Assembly (NCBI GenBank): GCA_951406725.2 | Contig: CATOCA020000001.1 | Span: 5,146,001 to 5,210,000, forward strand | Direction of reading: 5' to 3' | DNA: 64,000 bases | Source of the DNA: Octopus vulgaris | Lineage: Eukaryota | Notes under the pieces: generated by a model | Database searches by the model: none | What the model was told of the DNA's origin: nothing | Seen by the model: only the letters and a program-made list of their open reading frames with translations | Part shown: one piece after another, positions 62,598-64,000 of the stretch | How positions within the stretch are numbered: position 1 is the first letter of the stretch | Layout: the number at the start of each line of letters is the position of its first letter | Made by a program: the position numbers and the translations under genes

Positions 62598-62933
62598 AAA
62601 TTAAATTTGTTATAATAGTGAAAAATATTATATAATCATATACATATAAATATAAAAATATAAAAATGTAAAATATAAAAACTTATACATCATAATGCTA
62701 CACTTATATAATATAATACACATTTGTACAAAAAAGGAAGGTAAACAGAACAAAATAAAACAAAATATATAACAGTGTATATATTAATATTAATAAGTAC
62801 CGATATTATACATATTTGTCTACTAGTTTTTTTCATAAAAAAAAGGCTAACACATATGGAGATGAAAAATAATAATTAAATCCGTGGTACAGTTCATAAA
62901 ATTCTAAAGCTATAAAAGTTAATAAAAATTACT

Positions 62934-62988
<55 letters not shown>

Positions 62989-64000
62989 TAATAAAAATAG
63001 ATACAGTTAAGTTAGCAACAAGTCCATCCTTTCAAGATCGAAATAACTATGAGTTAAGAAATGCTGACCACTAGGTAAAGAAAATTTAGATTAATTCGAT
63101 TGGCTATTGGTTTGAAATTTAAATCACAAAAGAAAATTATACGGTTGGTTAGTCAGGGAACGCCAATATTCACACACGCATCTACAGATCAATCGCACAT
63201 ACACACATAGTTATATGTATATACATACACTAATACACATACATAATCACAAGCAACAACTAGCACTTAGATAAACAAAAAGGGAAGCAACTATGTTATC
63301 ATTTAGTCCTTCAAGATTATAACTGTGCCTTAATAACAAAAAAAGAACCATCCATGCATTCCATAAAATATTTAATTTAGATATAAATATATTTTTAGAT
63401 ATCAGTATGTTACTAATTCAGATAATTATTTCATGGGTAACTTAAAATTTATAACACCGGTTTGTTGCATAGTAAACATACGGTTGTTAGATTTATCGTA
63501 AGTTTGTTATGATTATAAGTACGCTAAATTATAAAATATAAAATATAAAATATAAAATATATATTAATTTAAATATTATAAATAAGTCACTTATTAACTT
63601 AATAAATATAGTGCCATAATATACCAGTTTAGGCATTAAAGAATAGAAGGGGAAGTATTAATGTAAACGCTTATGAGAACATCACAGAAATTTTAAATAA
63701 ATTTTATATTATAAAGACTTAAGATGAAAAGAGATAAAATAAATAAGAAGGAATAAATACGAAGGAATAAATACGGTTGTACACATAATTATAAGTACAA
63801 ACCAGTATATATGTATTTATATATTATTAAAATTAAATAAAAATAAATGATAGATATGTATGTATAAAACTACCCCAGTATAAGTAAATAAGTAAAAAAT
63901 AAATAGGTAACAAATTAGATGCCTTGATATGTATGTAAACAACTACACTTAAATAGGCAAATAAATAAATAAATAGAAGACTAGATGCAAAGATTGATAA

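Overview
AT-rich, microsatellite-saturated eukaryotic (metazoan) DNA. The SINE families and (TA)n/(CA)n/(GAT)n load resemble octopus/cephalopod genomes (inference). Left half (1225-34658): an imperfect tandem triplication of an ~11.4-13.6 kb block made of SINEs, MITE-like hairpins and microsatellites, with copy-specific deletions, a flipped palindrome core and a young Penelope-like (GIY-YIG) insertion in copy 3. Right half: six in-phase coding exons (35439-61575, + strand, 228 aa so far, 3' end outside the window) of an ankyrin-repeat protein gene. Its introns hold a decayed Hero/R2-like LINE, a 10.8 kb polypurine satellite and two long (GAT)n arrays. The most notable hidden signal is six hand-folded type-I hammerhead-ribozyme-like motifs: two in the Penelope inverted arms with a compensatory U3-A8 core, two in sense orientation in one ankyrin intron, and two antisense. 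Nearly all long ORFs in the ORF track are low-complexity artefacts. Everything was read by eye; no database searches were run.
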